In this document: piece after piece, positions 25,267 to 35,916 of the stretch | Layout: every line of letters starts with the position of its first letter | Numbering within the stretch: position 1 is the stretch's first letter | Assembly (NCBI GenBank): GCA_047495785.1 | Contig: JBLDXI010000024.1 | Span: forward strand, 1,736,001 to 1,800,000 | Length of the DNA: 64,000 nt | Direction of reading: 5' to 3' | Source of the DNA: Lepidodermella squamata | Lineage: Eukaryota > Animalia > Gastrotricha | Notes under the pieces: model-generated | Database searches by the model: none | What the model was told of the DNA's origin: nothing | What the model saw: only the letters and a program-made list of their open reading frames with translations | Translations under genes and position numbers: made by a program

Positions 25267-26461
25267 TCACCAATACATATCAGAAATTGATTGCACACGT
25301 TTCATCAGTTTCGCAATACCCTGCATTCGGAAAATGACATCACTTGTATCATTGAGTCTCGCACCGAAGTCGATGCTGTTAGAATCTCGCAAGATGAGAC
25401 CAGTAGGCTGAATGACAACCGGATTTGAAATATCAGACATTTCCATGAAGGACTGAAGTAATTCGGTTAGATGTGTAAGCGGGTCGCCAACGTACACCAA
25501 TCGGTTGCGATCGATATCGACAACAAGGAGCGAGAGATGATTGGAAGCCTTCGAGGGCATCTGTAATCGATGGAAATTTTTGAAAAAATAAAATACAAAA
25601 AATTCAAAACGAACAGGAATTTGAGAAAGTCCGACGAAATACCGCAGGTTGTATTGCACGAACAGTGAACCGCCAATAGAAGCCGCCTCCATGCATTGGC
25701 TCGAATTCGAAATGGAACAATTGATTCCAAGTCCGTAATCGCACGAATGAACCCACATTTGCTGTTCTGTTGTTTTGCGAAGCACGGACCCATTTTCAGA
25801 GAAGGAAAGCCATAGTTTGTCACCGGATGTGAAACTAGCTATTTGCGAAATTTCAACAATTTGACTCTTACTTATTTCTTTCCAGCCTCTGTCAAATCTT
25901 CGAACGAGGGCAAGCGATTTCTCACATTTATCACCCAGTTTTTCTGCGGTTTGAACTGCAAGTCGAGACGCGTCATCAACGGTAAACAACGCAGGGCCCG
26001 ATTTAGCTCGGAAAATCGAGGCTTGATGCATGACATTAGTGACAAGAGGGCGAATGACACACAGACTTGAGAAGACATTGAGTTTTCTAATTTTAACCTC
26101 GCCCGGACTCAGCACACGTCCGTTCTTGAAAAAAATAGAAGGAATCATTGACATTTTTTAATTAAATCATGTTGTTTACCATCGTGAAATAGATCGTTTG
26201 GACGTTGTCAACTTCAAGAGCACGATTGTCGTCACTGATAGCCCAATTAGCTGCGACAGCGGCAAGAGCGCAAGAAATGATGACTTTTCGGTAGTCCGAA
26301 AATAGCACCGACAACAAAGCGCTTCGTCGCTTTTCGATCAGAATCGCACCAAGTCGATTGGCTCTCAGTGGCGTATCGGCTAATTTGAAAGTACTAAAAC
26401 CCGACCAGGTAGGTTCGATGTCTTCTTCGCGCTGAGGAGGCGGCGGAGACGCGTACAACAT
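25267..26461 (-). CDS. Uncharacterised globular protein (~360 aa), probably 3 exons
   Basis: ORFs 26162-26461 and 25267-26154 joinable by an ATG|GTAAAC...TTTCAAG intron; second short intron near 25561-25614; no family recognised. Confidence 0.6.
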
Positions 26462-26958
26462 GTTGTTAGTTTCGTGGTGAAATTTGAAATGAAATTATCG
26501 AGTCCACTGAACTCGGCCATTGCCATTATACCCAATGACGCAATGCAACCATGTGATTCATTGGATCATTCGTCACCAATTGGGCTCTTATGACAGCGCA
26601 GTGCGTGACTGAATAAGCTGGGAAATATTAAAAACTAAACAAAAAGAAATCGAGTTATCTTGCGCAGTTCATTTTCAATTCAGTAGTTCGAGTGAAAAAT
26701 GAAAAATGGTTTACAAAAAACTGCCAAAATAACACGTCAACAATGGCACAACAGCTTTGGGTTTGATTCTATTTTTTGGCGATGCTTCGATAACTTCGAT
26801 AGTGGATGCAGAACTTGAATCGAACATCCAACACGAAAAAGTCAAAAATGAAAAAATCCAGCTTAAGATTTTTGATTTTTCAAAATTGATCGACGAGTTT
26901 TGATCCAAAATTGATCCAAACATCACATTACTCTCAAATTTGAACGTGGGACAGAAAT

Positions 26959-28281
26959 TCATTCGGAGTTATTAGGTTCTAGGTCAGAAAATCGGAGATA
27001 GTCTTTCGTCAACTGGTCGATTGAAAGAAGCTGAATCGCGGCATCTCGCTGATCCAAGCCAAACGGTAGCATTTGATTGACTCGACGGCGGGCAAGTGAC
27101 TTTAGCGTCAACGGCAATCGGTTTAGAACGAGCTTGTAAAACCCAGTGTTTAAGGAGGCACGCAACTCGCCTTGTATAACAAAAATTGGGACATAATCAC
27201 AGCTTTCAAGCAACAAGTCGACAAGAGTTTCCGGGTTTGAATAGATTCCAAGCGCTAAAAGTCGCCCCTGTTCGGTCCATTTCGAAATGTCGATAAATCG
27301 ATTGATCATCCTGATCAAGCTCCAGTAGCTATTACGACACCCGGCTTGCATTAAAGGAAGGATAGCGTTTTTCACGAGTAAAACCGTGCTATCGCGACCA
27401 AGCTTCGCTCTTTTAGCCTTCAGGCAATCGTGAACAGCCAAAAGCAGGGGATTTTGATCGGGCAATTTGATTGCACTGTTCCGCAAATACGATGAAGCCG
27501 CCTTAATAACGATTTTCAAAGCATCGCATGTCGCTAAATCAGCGAGAAAAGAGGCAAAAATTCGCGTGAAAGTTCCGTCAGCTTCGAAACGAATAGAATC
27601 ACCGGAGCTTAACAAGGCCGATAAAATGTTACTAGCCGCCGCTATTTCTGGTTCAACCCGGCTTTTACGCTTCAACTCTCGGAATTGGAAACAGGCGTAA
27701 GAAATGGGGTGAAAATTGGTCGCGTTCGAAATCTGTCCGCATTTTGATACCAAAGTCTGGATTAAAATCATTGAGATTTCATCATTTTTCACATTGATCG
27801 CATGTTTCAACAATTCGGCAAGTGAACATAACGGGATTTGATCTTGAACCGCAGGGAAAACTGCCTTAAAATCGTGAATTTGCTGAAGATCGATCGAAAA
27901 ATGAAGCAAAAGCAGAGCGGTGACAGAAAATCCAGTCGAGTGAAATTCCCGGAACAAAATTAACAAATTAGCGAGAAAATTTCGCGTGATTTGAATTCGA
28001 TTTATTCGCCGCTTTTCTTGACTGAAAATCATGTGAAGAGAGTCGTCGTGGGACAAAATTGGCTGAATGCAAAGAGTGAAGCATTTCGAACACAGTTGAG
28101 ACTCTTCGATAGCTACGTCAAAAGTCCAATGCAAATTTATTTCGACGTCGGGATATTTTTCGGCAGCTTTTGAGGCAATTGAGTTAGCCGCCCGGCGCAG
28201 CTCGCCGACAAAAAAATCTGGGTACTGGCAAAACACACAGTTACCTCGACAAATCAATTGATTATGTGCTATTTTAGCCAT
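26959..28281 (-). CDS. Divergent helical-repeat/ankyrin-like SOCS-box protein A, intronless
   Basis: C-terminal SOCS box LPLTLKSLARRRVNQML...AIQLLSIDQLTKDYLRF; N-terminal LICRGNC shared with the neighbour. Confidence 0.75.
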   Translation of the reverse strand: MAKIAHNQLICRGNCVFCQYPDFFVGELRRAANSIASKAAEKYPDVEINLHWTFDVAIEESQLCSKCFTLCIQPILSHDDSLHMIFSQEKRRINRIQITRNFLANLLILFREFHSTGFSVTALLLLHFSIDLQQIHDFKAVFPAVQDQIPLCSLAELLKHAINVKNDEISMILIQTLVSKCGQISNATNFHPISYACFQFRELKRKSRVEPEIAAASNILSALLSSGDSIRFEADGTFTRIFASFLADLATCDALKIVIKAASSYLRNSAIKLPDQNPLLLAVHDCLKAKRAKLGRDSTVLLVKNAILPLMQAGCRNSYWSLIRMINRFIDISKWTEQGRLLALGIYSNPETLVDLLLESCDYVPIFVIQGELRASLNTGFYKLVLNRLPLTLKSLARRRVNQMLPFGLDQRDAAIQLLSIDQLTKDYLRFSDLEPNNSE

Positions 28282-28389
28282 AAAATACCTATAAAAAAAT
28301 CTGGAATAGATCCATCGTTGAACCAATAATATCATTTTATTTATTTTTGTAAAAAATTGAAGTAAAAATCAGTTTTAGGTAGAAAAAGT

Positions 28390-29685
28390 TCAAAGGAATG
28401 CCTCTGGTAACGGCTCCAAATCGCTGAAATCGAGAAAGTCTCGAATTTCCTCGGACAAAGAAAGGCTCTGAATCGCATCATAACGGCCGTGAAGGCCAGG
28501 AGGTAGTCGATTGATCACAGCTTTTCGAGCTAAAAATTCCAAATTCTCCGGCAATCGTTTACGCATCACATTGAAAATTTCCGGGTACGAAAGAGGAATC
28601 GAAGTCTTTTCAGCAATCATTTCATATATCAAATCAGCAAACGCTCGCTCACAGCCCCAAATTTCGTAGCTCAGCGTTTTAAATCTTGCGTCATATTTAG
28701 CGAAATTATTGAATCGATTGATAAGTTTCAGCATGGCTCGATTTGACGTTCGAAGCCCGGATCGAAGAAGTGGTAGAATTGCGAAGGCAATTATTCGAGC
28801 ATTGTCTTGTCGAACTTTCTTGCTATCACGGCTTTTCACGCAATCTCGAAGGCAAATGAGTAAAGGCGATAGGTCGTCATTTATCCGCGTCAAATGAGGC
28901 GAGACAACTGAAATGAAGACATTTGCGACATCGGGGTAGTAAATCGCTAGATTACTCAAACAAGAATTCAGTGCACTCACAACAGGCGGGCTCGACAAAT
29001 TCGACAATCCAAATAAAACCGCGAAAAATGTGTTTTTAAAATGAGAAATCGAGTCTTGATCACTGAATTTTCGAAAACGGGCAAGTTGCAGGGAGGAGGC
29101 AACAATCGGATAGGAGTAAAAATGCTCAGTGTCCGGGTAGAGGCTTTCATTGACCGGAGCTCCAGCTCGAATTAACGCGACCACAACTTTGTCAAGCCGC
29201 CAGTTTATGGCTCGCATCAACAGGTAAGCCAGGGTGCATTTCGGGATAATTCCAGGGCTAATCGTTGTTAAAATCGAGGTAACATTCATGCAATCACGAT
29301 GATACAGGGCAAATTGTAATGCAAGCAGTGAATAAGCGTCGAAGCGGTACCAAAAGTGCCGGAAATGCTCCATTAGGACCGAGTAAATTTCTTGTAAAAA
29401 TTCAGTTTTTCTGATGTTTCGAGGCAAAGGTGAGAGGTGCAATCCGTCGGATAAATTGAAAACCGCCTGGTTGAAAAGTATTTCGCCGCTGAATTTCGAT
29501 TGTTTCGTCGACATCCTCCATGCTAGAAAACTCGATTCTGCAGTCAAGCCAAGCCGTTGAATGACATTAACTGTCTCAGAAACTGATGATAGAGCTTGAT
29601 TCAACTCGTCGGCAAATGCCTGGGGCCGCTGGCCAATTAGACATTCGCCGCGGCAAATTAAATCTCGATGCTCATAATCGCCCAT
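28390..29685 (-). CDS. Divergent ankyrin-like SOCS-box protein B, tandem paralog, intronless
   Basis: LPENLEFLARKAVINRLP...AIQSLSLSEEIRDFLDFSDLE; ankyrin remnant VVVALIRAGAPVN; LICRGEC. Confidence 0.75.
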   Translation of the reverse strand: MGDYEHRDLICRGECLIGQRPQAFADELNQALSSVSETVNVIQRLGLTAESSFLAWRMSTKQSKFSGEILFNQAVFNLSDGLHLSPLPRNIRKTEFLQEIYSVLMEHFRHFWYRFDAYSLLALQFALYHRDCMNVTSILTTISPGIIPKCTLAYLLMRAINWRLDKVVVALIRAGAPVNESLYPDTEHFYSYPIVASSLQLARFRKFSDQDSISHFKNTFFAVLFGLSNLSSPPVVSALNSCLSNLAIYYPDVANVFISVVSPHLTRINDDLSPLLICLRDCVKSRDSKKVRQDNARIIAFAILPLLRSGLRTSNRAMLKLINRFNNFAKYDARFKTLSYEIWGCERAFADLIYEMIAEKTSIPLSYPEIFNVMRKRLPENLEFLARKAVINRLPPGLHGRYDAIQSLSLSEEIRDFLDFSDLEPLPEAFL

Positions 29686-30529
29686 TTTCAGACCTGAAAT
29701 GCTTGATGAAGTAACATACACACAGAGGTCTTGAACGTGGGGTGAGATCAATAAAATCGACCTAAAACATATATTTTAAAGCGAATTTTCGACCGAATGT
29801 GAAAATCTTCATAGAAATGTTATTGCTAATTCAACATTATTTTATTTCCGCATATTTCCAGCAAACTTTTTCAAACAAATAGGTAGCAAAATATGTGTCT
29901 TCGCGGTCAAAGCAATCGAACAAAATTCCTTAGATACTGGCTTCAAAATCAGTGGCTCGGCATTGTCAAGTCATCTCCGAAAAACTTTATTTTGGAAATA
30001 TTCATTTCTGATTCGAAAAAATCTGCTGTAGCAACATGGCCTGGAATTATAAAACAGCAACAAAACCTGAAATCAGCTGAAAAACGATCAAACCATTTCT
30101 GAAATCAAGCTTCTTCGAACTTTTTGTCTTTATATCGGATTTCCATTCAGCAAGTTATAATTAAAATCCTGGAAAAATTATTGCAATTTTCGCTAAGTTG
30201 GAAGCAGCTGAAAATTCATTTCAATGTAAATATTTTATTTTTTCTTGTTCGCGCAGGATATGTTCATCTTCACAGTATTAAAATTATCCGCACAATATAT
30301 AATCAAAATGGACATAAAATCATCAGCTGTTATCATTGCATTGTAAATCCTCGATCAAAATAGCAAGTATTCTTACGAAGTAATACCGATGGAGCCTTTA
30401 CAAGCGTCGAGTATACAACTGAGATGTTTCGACGACAGAAAAAAAACTAAAATTGGTCTGTACAAAGAGTCACCAAATAGACGCGGACAAATTTATAATT
30501 GTGAAAGCATATTTTAAAATTGCAACGGC

Positions 30530-33500
30530 TCAACGGAACAAAAATCCTTCAGAAGGCGGTAAAACAACTGGTTTCGAGCTATCACCGCCCGTGTGATGCG
30601 AATCGTGCGCGTTCCACGCGTGTTGCCACACGGCTAAATCTTTACGCGTCACAATGCCGACGACTTCATTGCGCCGATTTACGACAACCAAATGCCGTAG
30701 ACCGAGGCCGCGGAATAGCCGGAAAACTTTGGGCAAGCTCGCAGTATCCAACACGGCGTAAGGCGCCGGGTTCATAAACGGGCGCAAATCGATAGCTTGA
30801 CTCAATTCGTGAGGGAGCAGGCGCAAATCTGATATTTTGATATGCCGCCCTGTTGATGTTGGGGTAGGGGTATGCCACGACTCTCTCGCCTCTTCCTCGT
30901 CGTCAACTTCACGAATTTCAGGCATCGCGTCTTGAGTATCGGGTGACCCGGCGTGGGTCCTCATTGCACCTTGGAAAAAGCCGCTACCTGGCGACGATGA
31001 GAACAATTGCGATTGAGACTGTTGTCTTCTAATCAACATCGCAGTTGACCTAGATTGATATGCCGGTCGCATAAATTGCCGATTCGCTAAAATTTGGCAC
31101 AACTGGTCGCGGCGTAGTAGCCCGGATAGACCCCCGGTAGACGTCGGCCCAGATGCGTCTTCAACCACCGGAAAACCGTTATGCCGAGTCAGCGTAACAG
31201 CTTCAACAATTCTAGACACAGTTTCGACAACTCGCAGGGTGACTACAGGGTGAGACGCAACAGAAGAAACAGGCACTTCAATACTTTTCGGTGGCGGGTC
31301 AAAACTGAGGAAAGGAATAGCTAGCAGTTCTAGGTACATTTCGTAAATTCCTTCGTTCATCAAATCGCCGATGAATTTAGCGATAACGCAAACAATCATA
31401 ACTGGCAGGCCAAATGCGACATTGCCCGTGCCTTCGGCGACCATGCAAGTCAGGGTTAGGGTCATTCGAGATACCCCTGCCATTTGAGCCGCCGCTCCAA
31501 AAACCGCGTATTTACCCGGATTTATGTCACCCTGAATTGGCGGGTGGTAGTAGTAGAAGAAAGTTCCGAGCAGACGGCCCCAGGCAGCTCCGACCAAGAA
31601 ATTCGGCACGAAAATACCGCTTGGCACCGATATGCCGCAACACCAGCAGGTGAATGTGAAGTAGACGATGAAAAACATGAGCAGTGTGTACCACTCGAAA
31701 ATCTCAGGGTCTTCGCATAGAAACAACGTCCTAGCAGCATGTTCAGGGATCTGTCAAAAGAACAAAAGTAAATCAGTTTTAATTTTACAGCTGTTCCGAA
31801 TGTAGTACTAAATTTGAATTCCCCTACACTATCAAGTTCTCTCAAAATGGCGAAATTCGTAATCCACAACGTTAGTTGGACTTATGACGTTATCCCACAT
31901 TCAGGAGAATAGATTTCCCCATTGCTTAACCTTTACTTCCTTCGACAACCCCAGACAGCTACGAAGCACTCTGAAAAATTACACCTACGTGCGCGTTCCC
32001 GAACCTGGACGAGATAGTCTTTTGCGCCGAGGCAATAATTGAGCTAACGCCTTTCTTATGAATTCGATTTTGATCTGATACTTTTTAGACTGAGTGTGAA
32101 TCGCCGCCGCCGACCGATGACTATGGCAACCAGGTCATGGGATCAGACGGCCGGCAAGTGCCTAACATCGTCTACGTCATAATTCGCCTTGCCCTGCTCA
32201 AAGAAGACAAGGTTGAGGCCGCCGCTGAGTTGCTTTTCTCGAAATTGCCTCCTTTGCTGCGGGAGAAGGACTTCGAAAAGTATATCCGCGGCACATGGAT
32301 TAAGCTGTCTCTCATCTGGGAATGGAATGTGCATGGGCACTGTATTCGAACGAACAACGACGTCGAAGGGTGGCATCGCCGCGTGAACGTGGTCGCTAAC
32401 CATCGTAAACACCTTGCTGTATGGTTTTTTTTATCGAAGCTATTCAACAAGAGGAGGCCGAAGTGGCTGTCAAACTGGCCAAATTCGAAAAGCAGGGTAA
32501 ACCGTTGTGCAAGTCGACGAAGAATCAGTGTTTGAAAAATCAAGCTTTAATAAATGTCGAGAAAGGTTTTAGCGAAAATGTGGGTCACATAGCCGCCTCT
32601 CGGGACCCGTCAAAGCATGAAAAGAAAAATGATTTGCTAATTGAATTTCTTGATAACGTCTCGAATTGTTGAAGAAGAAAAAATATTATAAAATCTGTTT
32701 CAATTTCTATTTTGTTGGAAACCGTGGCGTGGCGCTAAGCTTTGGCGGTCTTATCATTCTATCTTGACCCTGATAATATCATATCTAAGTATTTCATAAG
32801 CTCCACCTTTCTGTTGATAACCTCTCACCCTTATTCTAGACTGATGAGTGGCTAGACCACGTGTTAGGGGGTATATAGGCGGGATGGAATCGATCAATCT
32901 TCGTTATCTATTTCCATCCCTAGCTTGTTATCGATTGTTGCTGCCACTCTGATACTGGTATCATCGTACCACAACAAATTATGGGCCCAGCTAAGCAAAA
33001 AATTCAACAAGCTTTTTCAGGCGAAAGTGACGCTATGGAAACCCACAGTGAACTTCGGATTTCGGAACAGGTGCGACAATAGAGCGTGCCTTTTTCCGAT
33101 TAGCTTCGATAAGCTTCACACACGCCAACGTTCAAGTAGAAAAACTAACCGAAACTAAGTCGGACCAAGGAAGAGTCATTGAAATCCGCCGCCGCTGTGT
33201 CAACCGAGTTAACTGCGAAACATCTAGAATCATGCGATCCACTTGCTACATTGCGAAAGACAAGTTCTCATTTCACAGCCTGCCTGGCCTTATGCGACTA
33301 AAACGGCGCTGACATGGGAACTAATTTGCGGTCGAAATTCACAGAAAAGCAAATGGCTGTCTTCATTAGAGCTCAACAAAGGACACTGCCCCCTTCACGC
33401 GCATGGCGACCATCATCCAGCGCTGGAATGACCTGCCCAAGACCGTGTTTCCAGACATTATTGATCCTCATTTATTCAAAAAATCTGTGAACGACCTAGG

Positions 33501-35597
33501 CCTAGTTTTTTAACATCCGAAAACTGACCGAAAATTCTTCGTAAATAAAAAAAAAAAAATTAGCAAGGCCATGCGGAGGAAGCTCAAGCGCATGATCAAA
33601 AATGAGAATTTCAGCGCCACAGTGGACGAATCGACGTCGGTGAGCTGTAAAGCCTGCTTAACAATTGTTGTTCGATTTGTTTACAAGTCCAAAGCCCGTC
33701 GGTTCTTCCTCGAAATTATTTTTTGAATGTTTTCTAGCTTATCCCAGCAGTTTAAAGATCCCTTTATTCCACACTGGACAATTTTCGATAACGCACAAAG
33801 TATTATCAATGAAAAATAACTTCGCCGTAGCAACTACGCAGAAATTTGGGAGGCGCACGTGTCATCATCACAAGCTCTTTATTTGACCGTGATAAGAGCA
33901 CGACCTCGAGCCCCACCCTCTTGCAGATATCGAGGGAGCACTGTAACCCCAGTGTAATGGAGGGCAAACGAATCGATCAGAAAAAAGACCGAAATCGCTC
34001 AGAATCAGGAGAAATTTAGAGCTGGAACCTAAATTTTCATGGTGCAAATCTTACCTGTAGGAACAAAAGAGAAGCGGCAGAATAAGTGCCTTCCTTGCAT
34101 TGAAGGCGAGCTTTGGGCGAATCTTCACCGCAGTTATTTTGAATTTTCTTGCCAGGAAGCAGCATTTTGTCTTCGTCATTTAAAGGTAGAGGAATGCATG
34201 ATGGCACGAAAAGGAAACAGGCGACAAATGCGATAGTAGATAGGGTAATCACAACAAGAACAGGTTCCATGATGACTGTAAGCTTGTGATGGAGGCTGAA
34301 CAAATAAAACAGTTGAATCTATCAAAAATTTAGCCGATAAATCAACTCACTAATGAAAGCGGAATTTCGCGATTTTTTCGTTGATAAAATTGAATAGAGC
34401 ACCGAAAAGGCCGCCGAAAATTCCGACAATTATAATAAACGGAATTTCAGCAACATCGAAATTCATGTCCAGCACATTGCCAAACGAAAAAACACCGGCA
34501 TTTAGCAAATTCGTTTGCTTGTTCATGAAAGAATTCATTAGAAAAACGGTGAAAGTCGACGTCATTGAGGCGAGTAGCAGCCGTAGGGTTAGACCCTGGT
34601 TCCAGAAAGAGGCACCCTCCTCCAGCGCGAATAGCACCCCGGTAATAGGCGTCCCGAAGGCGGCTGCGATGCCCGCAGCACCACCGGCAGATACGAAATC
34701 GCGTTTATCATGGTCGTTGCGGAAAAGGCGTAAAATCGATGGATCGGGGCATTTTTTGCAACATTTACAACCCTGGTTATTTTCGCCTCGAACCTCTCGC
34801 TTCCTTTTGCTTGTTTTGCAATATTGTTCTTGTAAATTGGATGAGAATTTGAAACGGCCCTCAGCCACCCCAGCAGCTACAATAGCGCCGCAGTGGACCA
34901 TAGGACCCTCCTGGCCCACAGCTAGACCGGACGCGACTGACAACCCAGTTCCGAAAACTTTCACCAACAACGCGTCAAGGTCGAGGAAAGCTTTAACTCG
35001 CACTCCATTAAGGTAGCTTTTGAGTTGCGGAATCCCCGAGCCACCAGCCGCTGGTTGAATGAAGGCAGTCAGGACAGCAGCGGACCCAGCGAAAAGCGAT
35101 GAGAAACCGACCCAGACTAGGAGCGAAGGTACAAGGCTAATGACTGAAAATTCGTCTACTCCATCGCCATATTTGATGAGGGTCGAATTTAAGAAGTCAA
35201 CCTTAACATCTGCGAGAGATTCGATTAGTAAATTAAGGCCCACGGCAATGCCACCAGTTAGCAATCCGACTACGGCGAAAAGTATCCACCGCATGGCCTC
35301 GCGAAGTTGATGGAACCATCGCGTTGTATTCGCTTCTTTTTGGCAGAATTCGATATTTTCGCAGACGTCGTAGTCCAAACTCTCCCAGGCGGCATCAATT
35401 GTGTGCAAATCACCCGCTGATAAATCATCGTCCGACTCGTGATCAGCCGATAGCGATACAGGCTGCGTAAGAAACAGAGAAAATTAATTGAAATTTATGT
35501 AAGAAAAAAACCGAATTACCGCTGAATTATTTATCCCATGGCGATTAATCAAGGGGGTCGTTTCGGTGTCGCTAGTATCGCCGACCCGAAAAGCCAT
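30530..35597 (-). CDS. CLCN7: Lysosomal/endosomal H+/Cl- exchanger, CLC-6/7 class; exons 35597-35520, 35462-34351, 34295-34055, 31750-30530
   Basis: ESLDYD, GSGIP, GQEGPM, KRDFVSAG, GVLFALEEGASFW, SGIFVP, SRMTL, two CBS domains with LFRGLGLRHL; N-terminal dileucine-type signal ETTPLI. Confidence 0.88.
32089..32672 (+). mobile_element. Frameshifted MULE/Mutator-like transposase fragment in CLCN7 intron 3
   Basis: YIRGTWI...WNVHG..RTNNDVEGWHRRVN motif, typical of the MULE transposase C-terminal region; frameshift near 32425. Confidence 0.75.
33230..33559 (+). mobile_element. 3' end of a non-LTR retrotransposon (CR1/L2-like) with poly(A) tail
   Basis: TIIQRWNDLPKTVFPDIIDPHLFKKSV (WN-LP..FK terminal ORF2 motif) at ~33408-33490, followed by AATAAA and an A-tract at 33544-33559. 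Confidence 0.65.
33562..33726 (+). mobile_element. hAT-family transposase fragment
   Basis: Translation NFSATVDESTSVSCKACLTIVVRFV...RFFLEII matches the first catalytic Asp region (FS..DEST..S....L...VRF) of hAT transposases. Confidence 0.7.
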
Positions 35598-35916
35598 CAA
35601 ATCTCATGAAGCAATTCTCAGTGAAACTGTCTAAAAACAAATGACCTATTATTACCTAGTTCACGTGAACCTTCGAGAATTTTCGAAGATAAAAGAAAAG
35701 AAGTGGGATAAAAGAAGCTCCCACGTTTCGCTTGAGATAACTTGTCTTCATATCGAGATAAGAATGTGCCAAACTGCGCGAGATAAGGCCCAGCGTAACC
35801 GCATTTCGTACATCTTTTAATAAATCTAAAAAAGGTTGATTTGGCGATATTAAATTGATTCATCTAACCAAACTCTAACAATGAAATTTCGCTCAAAATG
35901 GCACAAAGAAAGACTA

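Noticed and set aside
34381-35310. Long plus-strand ORFs (211 and 83 aa)
   Set aside because: Antisense shadows of CLCN7 exon 2; no independent motifs.
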